DNA from: Eledone cirrhosa
Taxonomy: Eukaryota
DNA length: 64,000 bases
Direction of reading: 5' to 3'
Assembly (NCBI GenBank): GCA_964016885.1
Contig: OZ024741.1
Span: forward strand, 305,102,001-305,166,000
This document shows positions 1-14,188 of the stretch, piece by piece. The first letter of the stretch is position 1. The number at the start of each line of letters is the position of its first letter. The position numbers and the translations under genes are program-made. The notes beneath the pieces were generated by a model. That model worked only from the letters and a program-made list of their open reading frames with translations. It was not told where the DNA came from and made no database searches.

Positions 1-1033
1 TAGTTAAAGGAGTAAAATTCAGCCCAGCTAAAGTCAGTAGTGGTGTCCCACAAGGCACTGTGCTAGGCCCACTTCTTTTCATTATCTATGTTAATGACAT
101 TACTGACATCATCAAGCACAGCAGCATAAGAATCTTTGCAGATGATTCCAAGCTCCAGAAGGTCATCAATGGTGTGGGTGGCCGGACATGCCTCCAATCA
201 GATCTACTGGCTGTTATCCAATGGGCGGAAAAGAACAATATGCTGCTGAATGAGGATAAATTTGAGTTAACCTACTTTGGAAAAGAAGATGCCCTGAAAA
301 TCGCATACTCGCTTCCTTCAGGTGAAACTCTTGTGGCATCCAACAACATCAGAGACTTGGGAGTAATTGTGGACAACAACATAAGCTGGGCCACTCATAT
401 AAACAGCAGAATGTGTTCCTGGATTCTCAGAATTTTCCAGTCAAGAGATATCCACACTATTATCCTTCTCTTCTCCACTTTTGCCTGACCCCACCTCAAA
501 TACTGTTGTCTACTGTGGTCTCCCCTCAAAAAATAAAGTATCATGAAAATTGAAGCTCCTCAAAGGTCAATCACGAAAAAGATAGATGGCATGTCAGGCC
601 TTGACTATTGGGGTCGATTAGAAAAATTCAAACTTTATTCTCTTCAACGCCACCTTGAGCGCTACATTATATGCATAATGTGGAAAATATTCCATCTGCA
701 TTACCCAAATGATATTGTGCTATCTGCCCACAACAAAAATCAAACTCTCATCTCATAACAACAATACGGCACAATTATTTCACCTCAATTGGACCCGCTC
801 TCTTTAACATTACATTAAAACAGAAACAGACCCCAAAAAGTTCAAGAAGTCTTTGGACAAATTCCTTCAAGAAATCCTGGGTAAACCTCCTACACCCAAA
901 TATGTCTTTGCAAACAATAGCTCCCTACTTGAGTGGGCCATGCTGTCCAAATCCTGATTTGAAAGAGTTCGCCAGGTGGTGCTATTAAGTTAGACATGGC
1001 CTGGGCCAATACTGGCTGAAAGTTATCAAAGTT
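1..1033 (+). mobile_element. CR1/L2-group LINE, 3' part of reverse transcriptase and C-terminus, decayed
   Basis: SGVPQGTVLGPLLFIIYVND...IFADDSKL...LQSDL RT motifs; stops and frameshifts after 488; ends against a (TA)n run at ~1035. Confidence 0.9.
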
Positions 1034-1306
1034 TTATATATATATATATATAAAAAATGAAATTTCCTTTCTCACTCTTAGTACGGCTGATACCTAAATA
1101 TAAGTATGTATACGTACATTCATATATGTATACAGACGTACAGTAGTATGTATATACATACATGCACACATATATATATATGTACGTATGGGTTTACCGA
1201 ACATTTATTATAATGCTCGGTTTGTTTGTAAACAAACAGCCCGAATTATTAGCCGTATAGTGTTCAGCAACCATCGTTGCCATTTTGTTCAACACTGACA
1301 AAGGAA

Positions 1307-1347
1307 CGATGAACTAGTTTCTAGCTTATTAGCTGTCATCAGCACTG
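1307..1347 (-). ncRNA. Minimal type I hammerhead ribozyme motif
   Basis: Minus strand CAGTG-CTGATGA-C-AGCT AATA AGCT-A-GAAAC TA GTT-CATCG; palindromic stem III AACTAGTT. Confidence 0.7.
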
Positions 1348-1786
1348 TATACCTTCCTGTCAGTTGATAGAACATTTGAAAGTATATACTTTCCTTATGC
1401 ATATTAACGGCTGAGTAGCCTAATTTGCACATCGAGTGAGTTAGTCGGCCGGGCGTACCGAAAACGATAAATGGAAAAAATGAAATTTCATTTCTCACTC
1501 TTAGTACGGCTGATACCTAAATATAAGTATGTATACGTACATACATATATGTATACAGACGTACAGTAGTATGTATATACATACATATATGTACGTATGG
1601 GTTTACCGAACATTTATTATAATGCTCGGTTTGTTGGTAAACAAACAGCCCGAATTATTAGCCGTACAGTATTCGGTACGCCCCGCTGACTAACTCACTC
1701 GATATGCAAATTAAGCTACTCAGCCGTTAATATGCATAAGGAAAGTATATACTTTCAAACGTTCAATCAACTGACAGGAAGATATA

Positions 1787-1827
1787 CAGTGCTGATGACA
1801 GCTAATAAGCTAGAAACTAGTTCATCG
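1787..1827 (+). ncRNA. Minimal type I hammerhead ribozyme motif (inverted partner of 1307-1347)
   Basis: cagtg CTGATGA cagctaataagcta GAAAC ta GTT catcg. Confidence 0.7.
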
Positions 1828-2007
1828 TTCCTTTGTCAGTGTTGAACAAAATGGCAACGATGGTTGCCGAACACTGTACGGCTAATAATTCGGGCTGTTT
1901 GTTTACAAACAAACCGAGCATTATAATAAATGTTCGGTAAACCCATACGTACATATATATATGTATGTATGTATATACATACTACTGTACGTCTGTATAC
2001 ATATATG

Positions 2008-2174
2008 TTGGGAGCCCCTACATGGACACACTAGAAGAGGAAGACCAAGGTTAACGTATGTTGATGCCCTAAGGAGAGACACTGGTCTGTTGGAGACGCA
2101 GGACATGGCAGCGATAATGAGGGACAGAGACCGCTGGAGAGAACTCGTCCATGGATCTCGGGAATTTTACCCGT

Positions 2175-2176
<2 letters not shown>
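2008..2176 (+). mobile_element. RTE-type LINE ORF2 C-terminal fragment
   Basis: [27 protein letters not shown]...[11 protein letters not shown], the typical RTE terminal GRP...DR..W motif. Confidence 0.7.

Positions 2177-2247
<71 letters not shown>
2177..2247. repeat. (TA)n microsatellite; similar runs at ~6043-6099, 6293-6360, 6818-6882, 46869-46942
   Basis: Direct reading. Confidence 0.95.
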
Positions 2248-2261
<14 letters not shown>

Positions 2262-2525
2262 GCATATATATATACACACAAGTATATATACATACATATA
2301 CATAACACACATACATACAAGCAAGAGTTTATTTGTATAAACACACATGAATATAGTTATTAGTCATATAAAATACATATAAACTGGCTCTAATAACAGA
2401 TAACTGTCACTCTACCTCACATACACATGCATCTGTTTACAATCGTATTTACGTGCATACTCACATATACAGAAAAATAATTTTAAATAAGAATATAGTG
2501 TGCAGGGTCGTATTATTCACAAGGC

Positions 2526-2672
2526 TTTGCAGCATAAAGTCAAGGCCCTTTACGTTCTGAGTTCAAATCCCGCCGAGGTTAACTTTGCCTTTCATCCTTA
2601 CGGGGTCGATAAAACAAAGCACCAGTAATGCACTGGGTTAATTGCTTGCCTTGTGCCAAAAGTAGAAACAAT
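2526..2672 (+). mobile_element. tRNA-derived SINE family A; further copies ~12573-12720, 57370-57730 (+) and 22215-22640, 39540-39740, 56590-56960, 58785-58965 (-)
   Basis: Recurrent GAGTTCAAATCCCGCCGAGGTTAACTTTGCCTTTCATCCTTACGGGGTCGATAAA...ACCAGT with a B-box-like GTTCAAATC. Confidence 0.85.
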
Positions 2673-2858
2673 TATTCACAAGGCTAATTAGTAAACCTCG
2701 GGACCTTTTATTTTTAATATTTTCGTTCTTTGTTTCTTTCTTTATTATTTTTATTTATTTTGGGGTTAGGTGAGGGGAAAGAAACAGGGACAGAAATACC
2801 TGAAAGCCTAGGTGTCTAACCATGGGTTAATACTGCTCTTATGTATGTGAATGTGTGT

Positions 2859-2891
<33 letters not shown>

Positions 2892-4894
2892 ATAAAATCG
2901 AACTATATCGAAATAAAAAGCAAGAAAATATCAGAGGTCAAAATATGAACTGAATGAATTTGAACATTTGATATTTTGGTAAGAAGCAAATGAACGATAA
3001 AAAAAATTAAAGCTGAAAGAAGATAACAGAAAATGAAATAAAAAAGACACGAAAGAAAATTTCTCTTGAAGAACGAAATATTTTCCATCTTTATCAACAA
3101 GGAGAGGGAATAAAAGGAGATAGTAAATAGATTGGGAATAAAGAGACTTGGCATAGGTATACCGAGACGGGGAGAGGGGGGGAATAGGTAGATAGGAATA
3201 GAAATCGATAGAAATAGGACAATTAGAAATATAGAAAAATCGAAAGACAAGTATTATTTACCGATAGATAAATCGGAATATAATACAAACAAAAGACAAA
3301 TCGACAGTTAGTTAAGTAGGTTGGTAATTATATAAATACATCTTAAATTGTAAGGACGATTGAATTCAAAGAGAAAGCAAGAGGGAAATATTTTGGTGGG
3401 TGATTAGACTACGCAATGAGTGCTTTGGTGAGATAGCAGAACATTGAACGATTAATTCGGAATGACAAACAGGAAATGAAACCCGAATCGAACTATATTC
3501 AATCGTAATGACAAATACTGTTGACCATGTTTTTAATCGAGGTGGTAATATAGTTATGATCGAAGCCATCGTTAGTAGGGAAAAGAGATCGATGTGGAAA
3601 TTCTAGTGTGTACGGACGATAGCAGGCTCGTGTTTATGTATAAGTATTTGTGAGAGGAGTAGTGCACAGATTGGAAAAATGCCTTAACTAAATAAATAGT
3701 ATACGTATACGTGCGTGTGTGTACAGATATTTGTTCGATTTATGTTAGTAAGAACGTAAAAGCATTTATTCAAACAGGACTTCTGTTAAACATGCCGTCA
3801 AATCAACAATGCATGACAAATGCAACATTGTATCCATCTATCTACTCTTGTTATACACACAACACACGCGCACACACATACACACACGCACACATATATA
3901 TTTATGTGTGTGTGTGTGTGTGTGTGTTGTATTTCTCTCTCTCTTTTTCATTTCTTAAACACGCTGCAAATATTCGATCTGCGCCAGATTTCAGTAACAT
4001 GCGCGCACTCACAAATATATCAAATACACAGATACACACATATATACATATATAAACGTTATCATTATCATTTTGTCATATATACATACATATATCAGTG
4101 TGTGAGTGTGTGTAAAAGGGAGACAGAGATACACAAAATAACATTGATAACGACAAATGCAAACATATATGAGCGTGAACATAGAAAAAAAAAAAAATAC
4201 AATTTGGTGAGTCAACTGATCTGTTAAGGTTTAATGTTAATTGGAAGTGGATATATTAAAGAGAGTATAGCAAAACTGGTGCAGGATTAGAACCTGTAAA
4301 GTAGAAATTCTCGTTGAATGACAAAAGGTGGGGCGTAGTAGTAACTGTAATTTAATAGAATTATAAGATTCAACATGTTTTTGTAACCCAGGGAGCTCAG
4401 AATCTAACGCAATCCTGTAGCTACCTCTTCACAAAACGAAATGTATATTGTTTTGAAATGTTTTAGGAAGCTAATCTGTCAACAAACAACGATTAGAAGT
4501 AATAAATATTTCAGAAGTAACTGCAATTTCAAAGAAGCAAATATTTTGTTTATTTTTAGCGTGAATGGATAACTGAATAAAGAAATAAATACACTACTGA
4601 AGGGTTTTAAACAAGTGTGTCACATATAGGGCCTATAGGTACTTAACGATTGTCAGATTTCCAAAAATAATCCATAGTAGATCTGGCTACATTTGATAAA
4701 TTGTATATAAGGTTGTACAAGAAATTTAAGTAAGCTTTATGATATATGACTTGGTGATGCTGTCATTGAAACAAGGTTGAAAGACATCGTGATTAGGACA
4801 AAAACGTGGGGACCGACTTCTGATATCGACAAGATCGTGATTGATAAGGAAGTGGACGAACACGAGAGAACATAATTGAGAAACATCAACTTAC

Positions 4895-5272
4895 CTGTGG
4901 ATCATTACCGTAGAAGAGATCGGCATTTTTTAAAAGAAACCACTTTCTCTTCCATTTATGTGACAATCGGCTTCTCTTCATAAGCCAACCTTTACGTTCG
5001 TTGGACATGTTGTTGTGGTCGTCGTCTTCGTCTGCCTCGCCTTCCTTCATCCGAAGGCCAGACTTGGTGTTAGTAGTGGTACTGTTGTTAGTGGTGGTGG
5101 TGCTGCTGGAAGCTATGCTGTTCGTAAAACTGTTACTGCTTGTTACTGTTGTAACTTCTGAGCTTTTTGATGTAGAGGCGTCGGTAGGTGGACTTAGAGC
5201 AGTCGTTACAGTGCTACTACTGTAAGCAACGGAAACAAACACACTGTTCGCTTTTTCCACGTCTGAAGCCAT
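4895..5272 (-). CDS. First coding exon of a PH-domain protein (Ser/Thr-rich N-terminus, start of PH domain)
   Basis: AAGATGG start; MASDVEK...ERKGWLMKRSRLSHKWKRKWFLLKNADLFYG matches PH beta1-beta3; ends at CAG|GTAAGT donor, phase 0. Confidence 0.85.
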
Positions 5273-5971
5273 CTTGTTCTCACAAACATTCATACACACG
5301 CATACACAGAGAAACACATGCGACACACATACGAGAAGGAAACAACACAACACTAATCACGCACTCACTTCTGAAAGGCGTGACACAACGCAACACACTA
5401 ACGCTGACGCTAACAACACCTCCACTTATGGCAGTGTGTGATATTTTCTTTCGGTTTCTGTTCGCTGCAAAAGGTAAAACGTAATAGAAACTGACACGGA
5501 ATGATTAAAATGTCCAGGTTTTTCTTTTCCCTTTTTTTTTTTAGCTGGGCATTGATCTACACATTTCCAAACTGTTCGATAAAGATTAGCAACACTTCCC
5601 TCAGTAAATGTTGAAAGAAACACTACCATTCAGTAGCAGCAACTAACAGCAGACGCAGCCAACATGCAGCAACTGTTGCAAAGCATATGTACTATTATTC
5701 ATCGTGTCTAATGTGCATTTTTATAATTCTAATAGATTTCTTTTAATGTGCATTGTTGTTTGGAGAGCTATTGCTCCCCCGTAAATTTTATGAAGGAAGT
5801 AAATTTGATGTACGAGAAAACAACGCTTCCCCAGTTTCGACAGAAGTAGGGAATTGGGATGGAAGAGAATGGTAGGAAGGTGGTCAAGATGTTAGCCCCC
5901 ACCCCACAAAAACCCTAATTCAGTAGTTATCCATTCACTATTTTGGGGGTATCTCTTTCATTTTCTCGGAA

Positions 5972-6014
<43 letters not shown>

Positions 6015-6031
6015 ATGCCTGTATATATATA

Positions 6032-6106
<75 letters not shown>

Positions 6107-6291
6107 GTACATGTGCATATATATATATATACATACTGAGAAAATGAAAGATGCTTATATATTACGTTGTAAGAAGCGACTAAAAGGTTGGTGTCAGGAA
6201 GGGCATCCTACAAATAAAACATTGCCTCAAAATGTCCCGTCCAACCTATGTCAGCTGGCAAAAGTCGAAGTAAAAACGACGACGATGATCA

Positions 6292-6366
<75 letters not shown>

Positions 6367-6780
6367 CATACGTACGTGTGTCTATATCTATATATGCATG
6401 TGTGCGTATGCATATATTGTCTAGTGTTTATTATATATATGTGTGACTGTGAACGTGTCTGTATTTTTAAATTATATTTAGATATTAAATGTGCTTTATT
6501 GTTTATGTTTACATTACTCTCCCCACCGCCACACTCTACAATTGCTTTGTTTACACTATACTGCTACACCCTTAATGAATATATTTATGTTGTTCTTGTA
6601 AACAAAAGGAAACAAATCAGCGTTATAATCATAACCGTTTAGCGTTGACGGTCGTGAAAATGAGTACTCCATACTATAGTAGAGATTAATAGTTTTATTA
6701 GAGTCGATTCAGTATCCTGTTAGCCTGGAGTTTCGCTTGTGTTTTCACAGGGTCATCGAGGTTTGTCTGATTAACCTGTG

Positions 6781-6885
<105 letters not shown>

Positions 6886-8815
6886 TGTGTGTGTGTTTAC
6901 AAACACTTGTCCGATGAGCCAGTAAACACATAGGTGAAACTCCAGAATAACAAGACACTGGCTCGACCTTAGAATTATAATGATACTGAGGACATTTAAT
7001 CAATCCGAGGACATTCATATAGCGATACAATCAAACGTCTTGTGCTTAGAAGATATTTATGACAATAGAAATAAAGAAAAAGAAAATAGAGTGTGCCAAA
7101 TATGTATATGTCTGTGTCTATGTGTGTGTGTGTGATTCTATCTCTGCGTTTGCCTTTTTTTTCTTCTTGAACTTTATATACATACATGCACACATACGCA
7201 CACACGCACATATTTATATGCCAATGGGTAGAACTGGTGGTTCCAGTTGGTAATCGATGATGCAATAAATTAAACAAAGCACTCAACGTTATGCAAATCA
7301 TCCATTGTAAATGCGGTAGCCCGTGGATGGTGCAGGAACGAAGTTAAGTATTCATTAAAACGACAACAGAAGGCTGAACTGGGAAATTTACTTTAGAATT
7401 TTAATCCCACGAAAGCACAATACATATTTTGATGGCCCAGCCTTATCATCTGATCATGATACAAGACTTAAGCAGTTATTTGCAGAATTAGACGACAGGA
7501 TTATGTTGAACAGAGATTAGAAAATAGAAAATAGAGGACCGATTTGACTTGGGGACAGCCTGCCAATTCGGTGTTATAGCCATGGCTATACCTGCACGTA
7601 CTAGGGCAGGTCAGAGGCCCATATTTTGCTTACAAAACGTTCTCACACTCTGCTAAGTGCCTTTTATCATGACATCAATACTAGGGTAGCTATCATGTCT
7701 TTGACACACCTGAAGAGTCCTCCTGACCTTTTGTTTCACAAGTTTTATGTGGTTGGATGCCCTGTCTATCACCAATTACTTTACATAGTGTAAATATACA
7801 CACACATACATACATACATGTATGTAGCGAAGTCTCTCCACATATACTGACCCCTAAACAACATGATGTTCAATTTTTCTTTATCCCAAATTGACGCCAA
7901 TCAGTCTGGAGAAACTGGTCAACTTCAGGCTATTTGAGATAACATTTTCTTCAATACATTCTGCTCTCAGTTCTCAGAACACAGACATCCACACGGAGTT
8001 GCTCTAGCAAGCAGAAAGATATAGTGCTTAGCCAAAAATTCCAGCCCTCTCGATGGGGTTGGCACATTGATAAAGGTTAATTCAATGCATCTTGTCAGAC
8101 TACTATTGCATTCATGTAAACCAAGCACAAAAACCTAACACATAATTCACGTGGTTCCTTATTATTTTCCTGTGTTGTCAACAATAGCTTCAACGCAAGT
8201 TATTTTCTTAATAAAAATTGTATTAGTAGTGATATTTGTTATTGCTCATTGGATATTGTTAATGGCAGCTTTACTTTCAACCTTCAACTTTCATCTACTG
8301 ACTATGGCAATGAATACAACCACACATCTCAACTCACTGAGACACACTCAATACATATTTGTCATAAGTCACTAATTTCCCACAGCGCATTTATGAGAGA
8401 GAGAGAGCAATTCACAGAATCAGCCATCAAACCAACAACATTACTTCTACAACATCTGCCATACTAAAGTGAATAACAAACAATAATATCAAACCAAAAT
8501 CTTCACATGCTACATCTACAAGACATTCTATTGCTACAGCCAAATTAAAACTATCTCAATATTGGTGACCCTGCCTTATCGAACAGCCTTCAGATGCATT
8601 TGCTGATGTTACATGCAGCTTTCGGATAATATGGGAAAGCAACAGCAATGATATCATTCACCTAACAACAGTTGGTGATCCCAACTTACTAATACCTAGT
8701 CTGATTAACAATGAAAAGAACAATTTTTGAAAACGAAAACTAACTTTCGAAAAAGGAAACAGATTTTCTTTCAAAAATACAAAATACACTACACCACAAA
8801 ATATTCTACTACTGC

Positions 8816-8854
<39 letters not shown>

Positions 8855-9365
8855 CATTATCAACATCATTGTCATGTTAACATTCACTTTCCCTGGTAGC
8901 AAGAGTTGGATGAGTCTACATAGACCAAGTCAGTACTCAAGTAGGGCTCCTGATCTCCCAGACAGGCCAGGGATCTGCATCTTGCTTATGTACAGTCTCA
9001 TGTTCCACTGAGTGCACAGGAGAGATTGTTATGTCTTTGACACAACTGAGGATCCCCCCAATCCTTTGTTTGGCAAGCTTTCTATAGCTAGATGCCCTTC
9101 CTATCACCAACCATTTTACAGCATATACTGGGTGTGTTTATCTGGTAGATCACCAACATTAGGGAAGTTGTCATGCCCTTGACATAACTGAAGGTCATCC
9201 CAGCCTTTTGTTTGGCAAGCTTTCTACAGCTGGATGTCCGTCCTATCACCAACCACTTTACAGCATGTAAGGGTCCATTTTTCGTGTAGATCACCAAAAC
9301 TAGGAAGGCTGTCATGTCCTTGACACAACAAAAGGGTCCTCCCATATATATATATATATGTTTAT

Positions 9366-10634
9366 ATAATATAATAATTAAATTATTGTGTACAGTGCTC
9401 AGGTGCACTACAACTCATCAAAGGTGCATATATAGTACATAGAATAATGTTTCCGAAAGTCATAGGAGTTGTGCTGTTTTCTGACTTTATAGGCTTGCCC
9501 AGGTGTGTTAGACACATGGAAATCAAAAAGGTGCTCAGGGTTGTTGTTGGCAAGATGGTTAATAATTTTGTGGGTGTTTACCAAGTCAGTTGCCAGATGT
9601 TGGAGCTTCAATGTATCCATGCCCAGGGAAGTAAGGCATTCAGAGTATGGTAGATGTCTGATGCAAGGTATTCGCTTGGTTGCACATCTCTGAACAATTT
9701 CCAGGAGGCCAATGTTCTGAGCAAGATAGGGGTTCCAGACTGGTGATGCAAATTCTTAGTGTGACCGCACCATAGCTATATACATCTTTAAATAGATAGC
9801 TGGAGAGCAGCTGACAAAGGTCTTGCTGAGTGATGCTAAGACACTCTCGGCCTTCTTGACAAGTGCTTGGTCCAACGCAAATCGCTGCTGTCAGTAATGC
9901 CCAGGTCACGTTCACAAGAAAACTTCTTGATATTAGTGTTGTGGAGGAAGTATGTGGACGCTGGGTTTTTACTCCCAAAATGCATGGTGGTATACTTGTC
10001 CACAGCCAACTTGAGTTGTCAGTCTGTGATCCATTGTTGCATTGTGTCCAGGTCTGATTGCAGGAAAGATCTATAGTGTTCAGGATTTGTCCTTTTTATC
10101 TCAAGGTTCAGCTTGATGTCATTTGCATATTTCAGTACTGTGGCATTCTTTAAGTTGGCATCTATGTCATTAATATATGCCACAAACAAAAGGGGGCCAA
10201 GAACAGATCCCTGGGGTACACCAGATAACATCTCATATGGTGAGGAATGCTGTCCTAGAACCGTGACTACCTCCCTTCGATTGAGAATGACAGACTTCAA
10301 CCAGTTAAAAAGATCATCCTTCACATCCATTGCAGAGAGTTTTGCCATAAGTCTTTTGTATGGCACAGAATTGAAAGCCTTAGCAAAGTCAAGATAAACA
10401 ACATCCACCCATGAGCCGCCATCAGTGATCCGGGTGATGTCTTCAAGAAACTCAATAAGTTGATCACAGCAGCTGGAGTTGGGGATAAATCCAAATTGCA
10501 AGGGCCAGATAAGACTGTAAGAGTTCCAGAACTTCCAAATTGTTTCTCTGACACAGAATTCCATCAGTTTGGCAATGCAGCTAGGAAGACTGACTGGACA
10601 ATAGTTGACAGGTGATGTGCAGTCACCATTTTTG
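9366..10634 (-). mobile_element. CR1-type LINE, 5'-truncated, decayed RT with 3' end
   Basis: NYCPVSL...QFGF...VDVVYLDFAKAFNSV...SGVPQGSVLGPLLF..YINDI...KYAND; 3' tail related to fragments at ~21480-21770 (+) and ~61900-61940 (-). Confidence 0.9.
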
Positions 10635-11675
10635 ATATATATATACACTTACACACATCATTTAACATCTGTTTTCCCTGATAGTAAAGGTTGTGTGTGT
10701 TTGTGTATGTGTGTATTGTATAAATAAATAAATAAAAATCACCCTAAAACGACGTGAAATGCTACTTAAAGAAGATTAGATACACTCTGATATTGCATGG
10801 ACACAAACCCTCTCTCTCCTCCAGTATTTTCTCAAAACAATGGGGTTAACTCATTTACCCATATTAGCCCTTTCATTACTATAATTCTAATGAAAGATAC
10901 TGCTTTTAAAATAATTTTGAAAACAATCAAAGATTTGTAGGGATTTAGTAATATAACTAACTTTCCCCACTATAAAACTTGTGTTTGCTTAACAGTGGTT
11001 CTTACATGAAATTATAATGGAAGGTTGTTTGAGAAATAGAAACACTTTAAAACAAAGCAGATTTTGTCATAAAAACAAGGCCGGTTTCAGGCATTTTAGT
11101 ATCAAAAGGGTTAAACCTACATTTCATATTTACTTTAGGTCAAGACATATTTTTCACTTCGTCTCTACACATTTGTCTTTTCCTTCAAGGAACAAATGAC
11201 ATACATGATGGAAATTTTGGTGAGAAAAAACAAAACAAAACAAAAAAAAGCAAGAGAAAGCAGTAAGGTGAGGCCTGATAAGGGTAAAAAACCCACCAGA
11301 CAAAATCCCCACCTTACAAATACCCTACCTGACAAAAACCCCACCTGATGAAAAAACCAGTGGACAAAAAACCCACTGGACAAAAACCACACAAGAAAAT
11401 TCACCACATACTTTCGGTTCTTGAGTAATGACCATCCACTTCCTTAATTTTTTAGGTTCTTCCACACCTCCTACTCACTTATTAAATTTTGCTCATCTAT
11501 CTCCAGCAAAATTTTATTTTAAGTGGTAGCATTCCTGCAACAATTTTCTTTATACATTAAAAAACATACTTGGCAAAAAATTCAGTATTCGTGCCAACCC
11601 TTATGTTCTAATTTCAAACCCTTGATGGGATTTGAACTTAGAAAATAAAAGGATGTAACTAATAGTAATAATAAT

Positions 11676-12530
11676 GTTTTCTTTATTAGCCACACAGGGC
11701 TCACATCAAGGAAATATTAAGGAAGGTACAGGACGATACAGTGTGGATTTTTGCATGTAAACAATATTAATGAATCAATGAAAACTGTAAAATTCAAACA
11801 AAAATAAATTCCCCAATCATGGGGAAAATTCCAAGTGTAATTTGTGGAGAAAGCCCACAAAACCCATGGTCACCCTGATTACTAGAGCAAATATACCCCC
11901 TCAGTTGTCCTCCTCCAATTTGCAAGTACATACTCAGATTAGGTCCATGCTTGTTATTCATTCACCTTTCAACAAACTGGTTGGAAAGTAGCACTTCCCT
12001 CTCCACCCTGATTTTCCTCTTCAAGTAAAACCCTAAAAAATTAATCAGGGCTTCGCCAAAACCTTTCAAAATTGTCTACTACACAACTTCTTTTACCATG
12101 GCCACTGAACAGATAAAAACTGCCTGTACTTTCTGGCTAAAGGAAGGTGGTGGGGTGATCTTCATGAAAGACTCAGCTGATAGCTGGAGCCAGTCTACAC
12201 ATGACTGCAGGTGTTTGATATAAATCCACAAGTCAGCCATACTCTGCGAAGAACATTTCTGATTGGTCCCCAGATGCTCTTTTATCTCTAAAAATCAAGA
12301 GGCTGGCATCATGTTTAAGAAAGAACCACTGTGAGGGGAAATGGCTGATATAATGGGTGTGAATGGCTGATATAATGGGTGTGGCTGGCTGTTCTCAATG
12401 GCAATGCTTTTTCCCTCTTGTCTGCAGGGCACAGCTGAAATATACAATCCAGCCAAGGGTGAAGAGTTTGCCCACTCTCCATTTTTCATCTCATTTGTTT
12501 CCCTTTTATCTGTTTCTCTTTTTTTTTTTT
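11676..12530 (-). mobile_element. L1/Tx1-like LINE 3' remnant
   Basis: Decayed ORF2 C-terminus (LADLWIY...KITPPPSF...AMVKEVV...LKRKIRVERE) and 3' end with AATAAAGAAA. Confidence 0.55.
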
Positions 12531-14188
12531 TCCATTTGGATTGGCAATATCAGTAGAGGGTCTGACGCCATGCTTTGCAGCAAAGAATTACGGCCCTTTA
12601 TGATCTGAGTTCAAATCCCGCCGAGGGTAACTTTGCCTTTCGTCCTTACGGGGTCGATAAAATAAAGTACCAGTAATACACTGGGATATTGCTGGCCTTG
12701 TGCCAAAAGTAGAAACAATTATAATATTGTAAATAAATAAACATTTTAACATGGTGAGTCACCAATCTACCTGTGTGTATCTGTAATTGTGTTTGTCTCC
12801 TGTAACGTAGCAGTTCGATAAAAAGAGATCAATAAACAATGTTGTCTCAAAGACTGAGATGGAGCATGAACGTATTAGAATTCATAGAATAATAAGAAAA
12901 ATCCAACCTGAAAATAGCTGTTAAAACAGCAAAATGCCATCAATGATAGCGTTGGGTAAGAATTACCTCAAAGGACAGAAATTAGTGGTTTGAAGTGTGT
13001 TGGCCTGCAGAAGTAATAGTAAGAAATAAATAAAGGAAGAAAATGAATGAGACAAGATCACACATCTTTTTACTTCTTCACATCTTTTTACCTTTTCAGC
13101 TCTCAGACCAGCTGTGGTTTTGATAAAACAAGTACAGGGGTTGATATGAATGGCTGAATCCGTTTTAGGTGGTGACCCAGCATGACTGCAATCTAAAACA
13201 TGTAAACAAATAAAAAGTCATATTTACCCGGTAAACTCTTTAAATCAGTCTTTTTTCTATTAGTGTTCAGTAGCTGATTAAATGGAGGGACTGACTAGGC
13301 TGTAGCCAGGGACCTCACAATATTTAAAGGGACCTAGATTCATTTTGTTGCTACCATAAATAATATATATCTACACAAGGGGCCCCTGATTAAATGTTCA
13401 ACCAGGGGTCCTATGCAAGCTTAATCCTGCCCTTACCCACCTCTAAAACTATTATTTCTATAAAAATGTTGATGACTATTTCAGTTCTGATATTCTAGAT
13501 TTGAATTCCTTTTCCAAGTTCTTTGATTAATTTCCTTAACTCTTTTGATACCAAACTGCCTGAAATCACCCTTGGTTATATAATATAATGCTATTTATCT
13601 AAAACTCTTCCATCATAATTTCATGTAAGAACCTTTGTTAAGTTATGCTCCAAAAACTAGCTTAACCCTTTTGATATCAAACCGCATGGAAGTGTCCTTG
13701 GTTCTACAAAACTATTTATTTTAAAGTTTTTATATTTATCTAAAATCTTTCCATCATAATTTCATGTAAGTTATGCTTAAAACACCAGCTTAATCTTGAA
13801 AACGTTAATTATATTACTAAATCTCTCCAGATTCTTGATCATTTTCAAAACTATTTGAAAATAAGACAGTATTTTTTATTAGAAATATGGAATTGAAAGG
13901 ATTAAAGTTATAAAACGTTTACTTCATTTGATGTGTTTTTTTTGTTTTTTTTTATGGGAGTGGGGCAGATAATCTAATTTGTTTTCTTTCCCTCACCAGA
14001 TGAAAATATCAAGTTTCTAGAGTAATAGAAGACTCACTTTGATGAATTCTCTCCTTTAGATAAGTAATGCTCCACTGTAAATATATATGAAAAAATAAAA
14101 TAAAATTTGAATTTTATTTCTCGCTCTAGCACAGCTGATACATAAATGTAAGTTTGTACATATATATCAACAGATTGGCAGAGAGGTA

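Larger units (their letters stand above)
1052..2007. repeat. Hammerhead-containing ~423-bp repeat: 1.5 tandem copies plus an inverted copy (Penelope pLTR / retrozyme-like)
   Basis: 1052-~1260 is repeated directly at 1475-1670; 1121-1462 is repeated in inverted orientation at 1672-2007. Confidence 0.85.

Noticed and set aside
6715-6765. Hammerhead-like motif on the minus strand (CTCGATGA ccctgt...acaagc GAAAC tccagg CTA)
   Set aside because: Core and stems too degenerate; at best a dead relative of the 50710 motif, so not counted
7830-8150. Tc1/IS630-like transposase trace (YQCANPIERA on the minus strand)
   Set aside because: Only one short motif; insufficient to call
11270-11410. Short degenerate GACAAAAACCCACC repeats
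   Set aside because: Likely subterminal repeats of a decayed DNA transposon; no termini or ORF to support more
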